32,000 nt of DNA from Oceanibacterium hippocampi. Lineage in GTDB: Bacteria; Pseudomonadota; Alphaproteobacteria; Sneathiellales; Sneathiellaceae. Where the stretch lies: assembly GCF_900172325.1 (NCBI RefSeq), contig NZ_FWFR01000001.1, positions 1,410,335-1,442,334 of the forward strand, in the 5' to 3' direction. This document shows positions 9,199 through 18,101 of this stretch, one piece after another (within the stretch, counting starts at the first letter, position 1; each line of letters opens with the position of its first letter). A program made the position numbers and the translations under genes. The notes beneath the pieces were generated by a model. That model ran no database searches. It was not told the DNA's origin and saw nothing but the letters and a program-made list of their open reading frames with translations.

Positions 9199-9818
9199 CA
9201 GTCGTCGAGCCGGCGATAGAGGTCCATCAGCATCCCCGCGGTTGCTCCCCAGATGTAATATTCATTGTACGGCATGGCGTGCCAGTAACGCCGGAGTCCG
9301 TTGTAGAAGCCGCTGTGGCGGCGGTGGTTGGCCGGGTCCATCAGGAAGGCGAGCGGGACCTCGAAGATCTCCGCCACCTCGTTCGGGTCGGCGGTCAGCG
9401 CGAACGGCGGCGTGACCCGGCCGACGACCGGCGTGACCGAGAAGCCGGTCACCGTGAGATAGGTCTGCAGCACACCGATCACGTCGATTCGCCCGCGATC
9501 GAGTCCGACCTCCTCCTCGGTCTCGCGCAGCGCCGTTTCGACCGGGTTGGCGTCGGACGCTTCCATCCGGCCGCCGGGAAAGCTGATCTGGCCGGCATGC
9601 TTGGTGAGATGCGGCGTGCGCCGGGTCAGCAGCACGCTCTGTCCCTCCGGGCGGTCGACGATCGGCACAAGCACCGCCGCCGGGCGCATTTTCTTGCCGC
9701 TCGGCGGCGCGCTCGCCGGGTTGAGTTCGTGGTCGCCGCGAACGCGATCGGCGGCGATCACCTCGTCTAGCGGGTCGCCGGGCAGCGGCGCGAGCCGCAC
9801 TCTCAGGGTTTCGATCAT
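9198..9818 (-). CDS. CoA pyrophosphatase (Nudix hydrolase, NudL type)
   Basis: Nudix box GGRMEASDANPVETALRETEEEVGL, preceded by the CoA-type motif LLTRRTPHLTKHAGQISFPGG. I chose the ATG at 9818 (MIETLRV), 7 nt after the upstream stop. Confidence 0.85.
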   Translation of the reverse strand: MIETLRVRLAPLPGDPLDEVIAADRVRGDHELNPASAPPSGKKMRPAAVLVPIVDRPEGQSVLLTRRTPHLTKHAGQISFPGGRMEASDANPVETALRETEEEVGLDRGRIDVIGVLQTYLTVTGFSVTPVVGRVTPPFALTADPNEVAEIFEVPLAFLMDPANHRRHSGFYNGLRRYWHAMPYNEYYIWGATAGMLMDLYRRLDD

Positions 9819-9825
9819 CCTGCTC

Positions 9826-10392
9826 TCAAGCTTCCGCGCGGCCGAGTTCGAAGAAGCGGCCGGCGCTCCAGACGCCAAGGCGGTCGTCATCGCCGTCCGC
9901 CCCGGTGGCCAGGTCGACAAGGTCGTAGAAGACGGCGCGGGCGATCAGTGCCTCGAGACCGTCACGGACCATGATATAGGGTGCCGGCTCGCCGCTGTCC
10001 GGGTCGGTCGCGATACGGATCGGATGATCGGCGTCGGCGACGACGTAATCGTCGACCTGGGTGCGGAAGGCGATCCGCTGTTCCACGCCCTCGCCGTCGA
10101 CGAACATCTCGACCGCGACGAAGGGGGCGTCCTCGACCGTGATCTCGAATCGCTCGACCGGCGTGACCAGGTAATAGCGGCCATCCGCATCGCGCCGCAG
10201 GATCGAAGCGAACAGCTTCACCATCCGCCTGCGCGCGATGGGCGAGCCCATGTAGTGCCAGCTGCCGTCGCGCGCGATGGTCATGTCGAGCTTGCCGAGG
10301 CAGTCCGGATTCCACTTGTGAACCGGCGGCTTGCGGTCGTCGCGGACGGCCTTCGCGATGTGATCGAGCATATCGGGGCTGGTCATCACCAT
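9826..10392 (-). CDS. DUF1285 family protein
   Basis: The translation from MVMTSPDML... contains WHYMGSPIARRRMVKLFASILRRDADGRYYLVTPVE, typical of the DUF1285 family as I recall it. The upstream part of the 327-aa ORF is low-complexity. Confidence 0.75.
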   Translation of the reverse strand: MVMTSPDMLDHIAKAVRDDRKPPVHKWNPDCLGKLDMTIARDGSWHYMGSPIARRRMVKLFASILRRDADGRYYLVTPVERFEITVEDAPFVAVEMFVDGEGVEQRIAFRTQVDDYVVADADHPIRIATDPDSGEPAPYIMVRDGLEALIARAVFYDLVDLATGADGDDDRLGVWSAGRFFELGRAEA

Positions 10393-10464
10393 CGTTTGGC
10401 CACACCTATCTGAAAAACGATCATCGGCTCTCCTATTCGTTACCCACAAACCGGCCACGGACCA

Positions 10465-10470
10465 TATACT
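10465..10470 (+). promoter_or_regulatory. candidate -10 hexamer TATACT placed for a leaderless moxR-family mRNA
   Basis: TATACT ends 7 nt before the A of the ATG at 10478, and there is no Shine-Dalgarno in the 20 nt upstream. The -35 match is poor. Confidence 0.25.
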
Positions 10471-10477
10471 TAGTATC

Positions 10478-11476
10478 ATGCAGCACGCGAGCGACACCGC
10501 CGACACGCTTTTGCAGGAGATCGAAGCGCTCGGCGACAAGATCAGAGATCTCCGGGAAGCGATCGGCGAGGTGATCTTCGGCCAGGACGAGGTCATCACC
10601 GAAGCACTTATTACCCTTCTCGCCGGCGGCCATGCGCTGCTGATCGGGGTGCCGGGACTGGCCAAGACGCGCCTGGTCGAGACGCTGGGCACGGTGCTCG
10701 GCCTCGACGACAAGCGCATCCAGTTCACCCCGGACCTGATGCCGGCCGATATTGTCGGCTCCGAGGTGATGGACGAGGGAGAGGGCGGCCGCCGCGCCTT
10801 CCGCTTCATTCCCGGCCCGGTCTTCTGTCAGGTGCTGATGGCCGACGAGATCAACCGCGCCAGCCCGCGCACGCAATCGGCGCTGCTGCAGGCGATGCAG
10901 GAGAAGCAGGTCTCGATCGCCGGCGTCGCGCATGACCTGCCGCGCCCGTTCCATGTGCTGGCGACGCAGAATCCGCTGGAGCAGGAAGGCACCTACCCGC
11001 TGCCCGAGGCCCAACTCGACCGGTTCCTGATGCAGATCGACGTCGCCTATCCGGATCTCGAGGCCGAGCGCCGGATGCTGATCGCCACGACCGGCACCGA
11101 GGAGGCGCGTCCCCGCCAGGTGATGACCGCCGAGGAACTGCTCGCCGCCCAGCGGCTGGTCCGCCGCGTGCCGGTCGGCGATTCGGTGGTCGACGCGATC
11201 CTCGGCATCGTCCGCCAGGGCCGGCCGTCGGAAACCACCGACGACGACGTGGCCCGCCATGTCGCCTGGGGCCCCGGGCCGCGGGCCAGCCAGTCACTGA
11301 TGCTCGTGGTCACCGCCCGCGCCCTGCTCGATGGCAGGCTGTCGCCGTCGGTCGACGATGTCGTGGCGCTCGCGCCGCCCGTGCTCCGTCACCGGATGGC
11401 ACTCAATTTCGCCGCCCGTGCCGATGGCGTGACGCTGGACGACATGATCGAGAAGCTGATCGCCCCCTATCGCTAG
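10478..11476 (+). CDS. MoxR-family AAA+ ATPase
   Basis: Walker A LLIGVPGLAKT, Walker B VLMADEINRASP, and MoxR-typical QSALLQAMQEKQVSI and VLATQNPLEQEGTYPLPEAQLDRF. Confidence 0.92.
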   Translation: MQHASDTADTLLQEIEALGDKIRDLREAIGEVIFGQDEVITEALITLLAGGHALLIGVPGLAKTRLVETLGTVLGLDDKRIQFTPDLMPADIVGSEVMDEGEGGRRAFRFIPGPVFCQVLMADEINRASPRTQSALLQAMQEKQVSIAGVAHDLPRPFHVLATQNPLEQEGTYPLPEAQLDRFLMQIDVAYPDLEAERRMLIATTGTEEARPRQVMTAEELLAAQRLVRRVPVGDSVVDAILGIVRQGRPSETTDDDVARHVAWGPGPRASQSLMLVVTARALLDGRLSPSVDDVVALAPPVLRHRMALNFAARADGVTLDDMIEKLIAPYR

Positions 11477-11487
11477 GCCGGCCGCCG

Positions 11488-12393
11488 ATGTCCCCGCCCC
11501 GTTCGCCAGCCACAACCGGGAAGACGCTGCAGCACCGGGCCGATCAGGTCGCCGCGGCCTTTCCGCCGCTGCTGATCGCCGCCGAGCGGGTCGCGGCGAC
11601 GGTCGCCCAGGGCGTCCATGGCCGCCGTCGCGTCGGCCCGGGCGAAACCTTCTGGCAGTTCCGGCGCTTCCAGAGCGGCGACCAGATCCGCGCCATCGAC
11701 TGGCGCCGCTCGGCGCGCAGCACGCACTATTTCATCCGCGATACCGAGTGGGAGGCGGCCGAAAGCGTCTGGCTCTGGCGCGACGGGTCGCCGTCCATGG
11801 ACTATCGCTCCGACGGCGCCGAGCAGACCAAGGGCGAACGCGCGACGCTGATCCTGCTCGCGGTCGCGGCGCTGCTGGTGCGGGCTTCCGAGCAGTTCGC
11901 CATGCTCGGCGACGACAGTCGGCCGCGGACCGGGCCGGCGGCGCTCAGCCGCCTCGCGGTGCAGCTGCTGCGCCCGCAGGCGGGGTCGCCCGCGGCGCTC
12001 GGCCTGCCCCGGGTCGAACCGCTGCCGCGATTCTCGCAGGCACTGCTGGTCGGCGACTTCCTCTCGCCGCTCGCCGAACTCGACGCGATCGTGCGCGGCT
12101 ATTCGGCACGCGCCGTCAAGGGCCATATCGTGCAGATTCTCGACCCCGCCGAGGCGGCGATGCCGTTTCTCGGACGCACCCGGTTCGAGGGGATGGAAGG
12201 GGAGGGCGATTTCCTGACCGGCCGGGCCGAGGCGCTGGCCGGCGACTATCGCGATCGCCTGGCCCGCCACGAGGAGGGCCTGCGGACTATCGCCCGGAAC
12301 TACGGCTGGTCCTATGTCCGCCATGTCACCGACCGGCCGCCGGAGTCGCTTCTCCTCGCGCTTTACTGCGCAATGGCCGAGCAATGGGATTGA
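11488..12393 (+). CDS. DUF58 domain protein (vWA-like MoxR partner)
   Basis: GETFWQFRRFQSGDQIRAIDWRRSAR (DUF58 core) and the MIDAS-like DGSPS in WLWRDGSPSMDY. It starts 12 nt after the MoxR stop. Confidence 0.88.
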   Translation: MSPPRSPATTGKTLQHRADQVAAAFPPLLIAAERVAATVAQGVHGRRRVGPGETFWQFRRFQSGDQIRAIDWRRSARSTHYFIRDTEWEAAESVWLWRDGSPSMDYRSDGAEQTKGERATLILLAVAALLVRASEQFAMLGDDSRPRTGPAALSRLAVQLLRPQAGSPAALGLPRVEPLPRFSQALLVGDFLSPLAELDAIVRGYSARAVKGHIVQILDPAEAAMPFLGRTRFEGMEGEGDFLTGRAEALAGDYRDRLARHEEGLRTIARNYGWSYVRHVTDRPPESLLLALYCAMAEQWD

Positions 12394-12439
12394 ACCCGGC
12401 GCCCGTGCCTGATCCGCGCCGCCCGGCCGGCGCCGCCCC

Positions 12440-15160
12440 ATGCTGACGCTCGGACCCGTCGCCTTTGCCGCTCCCTGGCTGCTGATCGCGCTGGCGGCGC
12501 TGCCGCTGCTCTGGTGGCTGCTGCGGGTCACCCCGCCCGCGCCGCGGGTCGTCGCCTTTCCGCCGATCCGCTTTCTCTTCGATCTCCGGAACCGGGAGGA
12601 AACCCCGGTTCACACGCCCTGGTGGCTGCTGCTGCTCAGGCTGCTGATCGCGGCCTTCGTGATCCTCGCGGTCGCCCGGCCGCTGCTCAATCCCGGCGCG
12701 GTCACCGACGGTTCGGGACCGCTGCTGATCGTCCTCGACGACGGCTGGGCGGGCGCCGGCAACTGGCAGTCGCGGCGCGAGGTGATGGCCGATCTGCTGA
12801 CCGCCGCCGAACGTGGCCGCCGCCCGGTCGCGATCCTGAAGACCGCGCCGACCGCCCCTGACGGCGAGATCGCGGAGGTCCGGCTGATGTCGGCCGGCGA
12901 GGCGCGCGCCGTGGCCGGCGCCGCGGAACCGCGTCCCTGGCCGGTCGACCGGGGCCGCGCGATCGAGGCGCTGGATGCCTTCGAGGCCGGCGGCGGGGCG
13001 GAGGTGGTCTGGCTGGCCGACGGGGTCGCCGGCGATGCAGCCGGAGACGTCGCCTTTGCCCGGGCGCTGGCCGATCGCGGCCGTCTGACCGTCTATGGCG
13101 ACCCGGATCATCCGGTGATGATGCTCGACCGCCCGGAAATCGTCGGCACCGAGTTGCGCATCGAGGCGCAGCGGAGCGAAGGCGCGGCGCCGGCCGCCGA
13201 CTGGCTGAAGGCGAGCGCCGAAGGCGGTCTGGTACTGGCCCGGGTGCCGCTTTCCTTCGCCGCCGGGGAGCGCACGGCGGGCGCTGTCGTGGCGCTGCCG
13301 ACCGAACTTCGCAATCGCCTGCTCCGGCTCGAGATCGAGGGCGCCGGCAATGCCGCTGCGGTCATGCTGTTCGACGAACGCTGGCGCCGCCGGCCGGTCG
13401 GGCTGGTCTCCGGCGGCGGGCTCGAGACCGCGCAGCCGCTGCTTTCCGACATCTATTACCTGGAGCGCGCGCTGGAACCGTTCGCCGAGGTGCGCAAGGG
13501 CAGCATCGCCGAACTGATCGACCAGGGCATCGCCGTGCTGGTGCTCGCCGATGTCGGCAATGTCGTGGGCAGCGAGCGCGAGGCGCTTGACGGCTGGCTT
13601 AACGCGGGCGGCGTGCTGATCCGCTTCGCCGGCGACAAGATGGCGGCACAATCCGACGACCTGGTGCCGGTTCGCCTGCGCGTCGGCGGCCGCGACCTGG
13701 GCGGCGCGATGTCCTGGTCGGAGCCCGCCAGGCTGGCCCCGTTCGCCGACGAGAGCCCGTTCTTCGGCCTCGAGATGGCGCCCGACGTCCGGGTTCGCCG
13801 CCAGGTGCTGGCCGAGCCCGAGATCGAGCTCAAGCGCAAGACCTGGGCGGCGCTGCTCGACGGCACGCCGCTGGTCACCGCCGACCGCCACGGCGACGGA
13901 CGGATCGTGCTGTTCCACACCACCGCCAATACCGACTGGTCGAACCTGCCGCTGTCCGGGCTCTTCGTGACCATGCTGCAACGTCTCGTGGCGCTGAGCC
14001 GCGGCGTCGCGGCGGACGAGGGGCGCGAGCCGCTGCCGCCCTTCGCGATGCTGGACGGTTATGGCCGGCTGGTGCCGCCACAGAGCAACGTGGCGCGCGC
14101 GGCACCGGCCGGTTTCGACGAGATCGTGCCCGGCCCGACCCACCCGCCGGGCTTCTACGGCACCGCCGAAAGCAAGCGCGCGCTCAACCTGAGCGGCAAG
14201 CTCGGCACGCTAGAGCCGCTCGGTCCGCCGCCGGCAGGCACGGCCGAGCGGGTTTACGCGGCCGAGCAGGAGCGCGACCTGATGCCCTGGCTGCTGACCC
14301 TGGCGGTGCTGCTGCTGTTCGTCGACTTCCTGGTCTCGATGCAGCTTCGCGGCCTGTTGCGCCTGGCGGGCAGGGGCGCGGCGCCGCTCGCGCTGGCGTT
14401 CGCCCTGGCCGCAGGGCTTTCGGCCGACCCGGCACGGGCGCAGACGACCAATGACGCGGACGCGCTCGCCGCGACGCTCGAGACCCGGCTCGCCTATGTC
14501 TTGAGCGGCGAACGGGCGGTCGACGAGATGAGCCATGCCGGCCTCTACGGTCTCGGCCGGGTGCTCTCGGAGCGGACCTCGGTCGAGCCGGCGGCGCCGG
14601 CCGGGATCGATATCGAACGCGACGAGATCGTCTTCTATCCCTTGCTCTACTGGCCCGTGGTGCAGGACCAGCCGCTGCTCTCGGCGGCGGCGCTCGCCCG
14701 CGTCGATGCCTACATGAAGCACGGCGGGACGATCCTCTTCGATACCCGCGAGGGCGGCGGCTTCGAAACCGGGGCGAACGGCGCGCGGCTGCGCCAGCTG
14801 CTCCGTCTGCTCGACATTCCGCCGCTGGCACCGGTGCCCGAGAACCATGTGCTCACCAAGGCCTTCTACCTGATGCACGAGTTTCCCGGCCGCTTCCCCG
14901 GCGGCACGCTGTGGGTCGAGGCGGACGCCAGCGGCACCCATGACGGCGTCTCGGCGATCGTCATCGGCGCCAACGACTGGGCCGCGGCCTGGGCGACCGA
15001 CGAGGACGGGCGGCCGCTCGCGGCGCTCGTGCCGAACAATCCGCGCCAGCGCGAGATGGCCTATCGCTTCGGCGTCAATCTCGTGATGTACACCCTGACC
15101 GGCAACTACAAGGCCGACCAGGTGCATGTCCCGGCAATCCTCGAACGCCTGGGCCAGTGA
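12440..15160 (+). CDS. large membrane protein: BatA_N-type double-TM N-terminus plus C-terminal DUF4159-like domain
   Basis: N-terminus FAAPWLLIALAALPLLWWLLRVTPP (aerotolerance-regulator N-terminal type), an internal TM helix (LMPWLLTLAVLLLFVDFLV), and a C-terminal region ending GVNLVMYTLTGNYKADQVH. ATG 12440 is the first start after an in-frame TGA at 12410. Confidence 0.85.
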   Translation: MLTLGPVAFAAPWLLIALAALPLLWWLLRVTPPAPRVVAFPPIRFLFDLRNREETPVHTPWWLLLLRLLIAAFVILAVARPLLNPGAVTDGSGPLLIVLDDGWAGAGNWQSRREVMADLLTAAERGRRPVAILKTAPTAPDGEIAEVRLMSAGEARAVAGAAEPRPWPVDRGRAIEALDAFEAGGGAEVVWLADGVAGDAAGDVAFARALADRGRLTVYGDPDHPVMMLDRPEIVGTELRIEAQRSEGAAPAADWLKASAEGGLVLARVPLSFAAGERTAGAVVALPTELRNRLLRLEIEGAGNAAAVMLFDERWRRRPVGLVSGGGLETAQPLLSDIYYLERALEPFAEVRKGSIAELIDQGIAVLVLADVGNVVGSEREALDGWLNAGGVLIRFAGDKMAAQSDDLVPVRLRVGGRDLGGAMSWSEPARLAPFADESPFFGLEMAPDVRVRRQVLAEPEIELKRKTWAALLDGTPLVTADRHGDGRIVLFHTTANTDWSNLPLSGLFVTMLQRLVALSRGVAADEGREPLPPFAMLDGYGRLVPPQSNVARAAPAGFDEIVPGPTHPPGFYGTAESKRALNLSGKLGTLEPLGPPPAGTAERVYAAEQERDLMPWLLTLAVLLLFVDFLVSMQLRGLLRLAGRGAAPLALAFALAAGLSADPARAQTTNDADALAATLETRLAYVLSGERAVDEMSHAGLYGLGRVLSERTSVEPAAPAGIDIERDEIVFYPLLYWPVVQDQPLLSAAALARVDAYMKHGGTILFDTREGGGFETGANGARLRQLLRLLDIPPLAPVPENHVLTKAFYLMHEFPGRFPGGTLWVEADASGTHDGVSAIVIGANDWAAAWATDEDGRPLAALVPNNPRQREMAYRFGVNLVMYTLTGNYKADQVHVPAILERLGQ

Positions 15161-17232
15161 ACGCGATGGAATTCGCCGACATCCGCTTCGCCCCCCTGAT
15201 CCCGCTCTGGGCCGTGCTCGCGATGGCCGGCGTGGCCTTTCTCCTCACCCTGCTCGGGCTCTGGCGCCGCGCCGCCGGAACGCTGATCCGGGCCGGCGCG
15301 CTTGCCGTCGCCATCCTGGCGCTCGCCAATCCATCCTGGGTGCTGGAGGAACGCGAACCGCTGCCCGACGTCGCGGTGGTCGCGATCGACGAAAGCGCCA
15401 GCCAGAAGATCGGCGTCCGCGAGAACCGCGCCGAGGCCGCCGCCGCCGAGCTCGAGCGCGAACTTGCCCGCTTCCGCGACCTGGAGGTCCGCACGATCCG
15501 CGTGCCCGACGATGGCGGCGAAGCCGGCACGCTGCTCTTCGAGGCGATCCAGAAGGCGCTTTCCGATGTCCCGGCGCGCCGCCACGCCGGGGCGATCCTG
15601 GTCACCGACGGCCAGGTCCACGATGCCCCGGACGGGCTGGCCGGCTCGCCGACCGAGGCGCCCGTCCATGTCCTGCTGACCGGCGAGCGGGGCGAGGGCG
15701 ATCGTCGCCTCACGGTGACCTCGGCGCCGAGTTACGGCATCGTCGGGCGCCAGCTCTCGCTGGAACTGAAGGTCGAGGACCTCGGCCGCGAGGGCTCGGT
15801 GCCGGTCACCGTCTCGATCCGCAAGGACGACAATCCCGATCCGCTGCTCGTCCGCCTGCCGACCGGCGGCGATCACACGGTGCCCTTCACGCTCGACCAT
15901 GGCGGGCCGACCGTGCTGGAAATCGCCGTCGAGGCCGGCCCGGCCGAGCTCACGCTGAAAAACAACCGGGCCGTCGTCGTCGTCAACGGCGTGCGCGACC
16001 GGCTCCGCGTGCTGCTGGTCTCGGGCGAGCCGCATATCGGCGAACGCAGCTGGCGCAACCTGCTGAAGGCCGACCCCTCGGTCGACCTGGTGCATTTCAC
16101 CATCCTGCGTCCGCCGGAGAAGCAGGACGGCACGCCGATCCGCGAGCTGTCGCTGATCGCCTTCCCGATCCGCGAGCTGTTCGAGCTCAAGCTCGACGAG
16201 TTCGACCTGATCATCTTCGACCGCTACCGCCGGCGGGGCGTGCTGCCGCGTGCCTATCTGTCCAACATCGTCGACTACGTGACCTCGGGCGGGGCGATCC
16301 TCGAGGCCGCCGGGCCGGCCTTCGCGACGCAGCTCTCGCTCTACCGGACGCCGCTCGCCGAGGTCCTGCCGGGGCGTCCGACCGGACGCGTCCTCGAACA
16401 GCCGTTCCGCCCGGAACTGACGGCGCTCGGCCATCGCCACCCGGTGACCGGAGACCTGCCCGGCGCGGGGGTCGAGGGCGAGCCGAGCTGGGGCCGCTGG
16501 TTCCGCCAGATCGATGCCGAGGCGACCAGCGGCCGGACCCTGATGTCCGGGCCGGACGGGCGGCCGCTGCTGATCGTCGACCGGGTCGGCGAGGGACGGG
16601 TCGCCCAGCTCCTGTCGGACCATGCCTGGCTCTGGTCGCGCGGCTACGAGGGCGGCGGCCCGCAGGCGGAGATCCTGCGCCGGGTCTCGCACTGGCTGAT
16701 GAAGGAGCCGGACCTGGAGGAGGAAGTGCTGCGCGCCACCGTCGAGGGCCGCCGGCTGACCGTGCAGCGCCGCTCGCTGGAACCCGACCCGAGCCCGGTG
16801 ACGGTAACCGGGCCGTCCGGCGCGGTGAGCACGTTGACGCTCGAGGAGACCGGCGGCGGCCGCGCCGAGGGCGTGATCACCGTCGACGAGCCCGGCCTCT
16901 ACCGCCTCGACGACGGGACCCGGCGGGCGATCGCCGCCGTGGGCTCGGTCAACCCGAAGGAATATGGCGATCTCCGCACCAGCGCCGCGCCGCTCGACCC
17001 GATCCGCGAGGCGACCGGCGGCGGCAGCTACTGGCTCGGCGAGGAGGGGGTGCCAAGCGTGCGGCGGATCTCGGCCGGGCGCTCCAGCGCCGGCGGCAGC
17101 TGGATGGGACTGCGCGCCAACGGCGACTACATCGTCACCGGCCTCAGCCAGTATCCGCTCCTGCCGCCGCTGGCCCTGCTGCTGCTCGTCCTCTGCACCC
17201 AGTTCCTCGCCTGGCGGCGGGAAGGGAAGTAG
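15157..17232 (+). CDS. membrane-anchored vWA-domain protein with a possible GATase1-like central region
   Basis: Two N-terminal TM helices, MIDAS DESAS in VVAIDESASQ plus AILVTDGQ, and a C-terminal TM anchor (LLPPLALLLLVLCTQFLAW). The GTG overlaps the upstream TGA (GTGA at 15157-15160); an alternative ATG is at 15166. The central-domain assignment is from memory only. Confidence 0.75.
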   Translation: MNAMEFADIRFAPLIPLWAVLAMAGVAFLLTLLGLWRRAAGTLIRAGALAVAILALANPSWVLEEREPLPDVAVVAIDESASQKIGVRENRAEAAAAELERELARFRDLEVRTIRVPDDGGEAGTLLFEAIQKALSDVPARRHAGAILVTDGQVHDAPDGLAGSPTEAPVHVLLTGERGEGDRRLTVTSAPSYGIVGRQLSLELKVEDLGREGSVPVTVSIRKDDNPDPLLVRLPTGGDHTVPFTLDHGGPTVLEIAVEAGPAELTLKNNRAVVVVNGVRDRLRVLLVSGEPHIGERSWRNLLKADPSVDLVHFTILRPPEKQDGTPIRELSLIAFPIRELFELKLDEFDLIIFDRYRRRGVLPRAYLSNIVDYVTSGGAILEAAGPAFATQLSLYRTPLAEVLPGRPTGRVLEQPFRPELTALGHRHPVTGDLPGAGVEGEPSWGRWFRQIDAEATSGRTLMSGPDGRPLLIVDRVGEGRVAQLLSDHAWLWSRGYEGGGPQAEILRRVSHWLMKEPDLEEEVLRATVEGRRLTVQRRSLEPDPSPVTVTGPSGAVSTLTLEETGGGRAEGVITVDEPGLYRLDDGTRRAIAAVGSVNPKEYGDLRTSAAPLDPIREATGGGSYWLGEEGVPSVRRISAGRSSAGGSWMGLRANGDYIVTGLSQYPLLPPLALLLLVLCTQFLAWRREGK

Positions 17233-17238
17233 CGCCGC

Positions 17239-17859
17239 TCAGTTCACCGGCCGGCGCGCCTTGCGGGCCTTGCGGGCGGTGGTCAGGCTCTCGACCGCCT
17301 CGGCGGCGATCGGGGCCGGGATCGCCGGTGCGTCGGCATCGTCGAACGGTCGGCCGATCATCCCCGTCACCCCTTCCATGGCGCCGGCGAACAGCGGCTG
17401 CACGAGGAAGCGCCGGTCCTCGACCGGGCCGGGCAGTTCCAGGCCGTAGGGCCGGGCCGGGACGAAGCCGAAGCGGTTGTAATATTCCGGGTCGCCGACC
17501 AGCATGACGATGCGGTGGCCGAACCAGCGGGCGAGCGTCAGCGAACGCTGGATCAGGGCGACGCCGATCCCCTCGCCGCGCCGTTCCGGCTCGATCGCGA
17601 TGGGACCAAGCATCGCCGCCGCGACCGGGGCCGGGCCGTCGACGCCGATCCGGATCGGCCAGTAGCGGATGGTACCGAGCAACGGCCCCAGTTCGGGCGC
17701 CATGCCGGACCTCGCGACGAGGCTGAGGCCGCCCAGCGGCGCGACGCCCTCGCGCAGGCGATAGACCGTCTTGCTGTACCGGTTGGGCCCGAAGGCCCGG
17801 TCGAGAAGCGTTTCGATCTGCGCGGAATCGTCCGGCCGTTCGTGGAGAAGGGTGTACAT
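17239..17859 (-). CDS. GNAT family N-acetyltransferase (YhbS-like)
   Basis: IAIEPERRGEGIGVALI acetyl-CoA binding motif, followed by GDPEYYNRFGF and GVTGMI as in YhbS-type proteins. Confidence 0.85.
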   Translation of the reverse strand: MYTLLHERPDDSAQIETLLDRAFGPNRYSKTVYRLREGVAPLGGLSLVARSGMAPELGPLLGTIRYWPIRIGVDGPAPVAAAMLGPIAIEPERRGEGIGVALIQRSLTLARWFGHRIVMLVGDPEYYNRFGFVPARPYGLELPGPVEDRRFLVQPLFAGAMEGVTGMIGRPFDDADAPAIPAPIAAEAVESLTTARKARKARRPVN

Positions 17860-18042
17860 GTCTCTGCCTCGGGCGCTGGCCTGGCCGTCGCGATCCCTGA
17901 AGGATCTCCGGACGGCCGCTCGGGGGAATTGCAGGTGGAGGACACGGCGGGCGCGAGCCGCCGCGCAGTGCGCAGGCGCCTTATCGTCGTCGAGAGATGT
18001 GACGCGGAAGTCGAGACATGAAAACCGTCTAACACACGTCGT

Positions 18043-18077
18043 GGGCGAAATAAAGCGCCGCTTTCACGGTTCGCCCC
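18043..18077 (-). terminator. weak two-tier hairpin downstream of the secreted-protein gene
   Basis: On the minus strand, GGGCGAA...TTCGCCC encloses AAAGC-GGC-GCTTT and is followed by ATTTCG. There is no proper U-tract, so this is weak. Confidence 0.2.
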
Positions 18078-18101
18078 GCGTACGCCGGCCGGGCCGGCGG
18101 T

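Noticed and set aside
12326-17507. Long alternative-frame ORFs over the MoxR-operon membrane genes: 12326-14143 (-), 14210-15127 (-), 15106-16692 (-) and 15126-17507 (+).
   Set aside because: All are Arg/Gly/Pro/Asp-rich with no motifs. They overlap frames that show TM helices, MIDAS motifs and DUF4159-like sequence, so they are GC-driven open frames.
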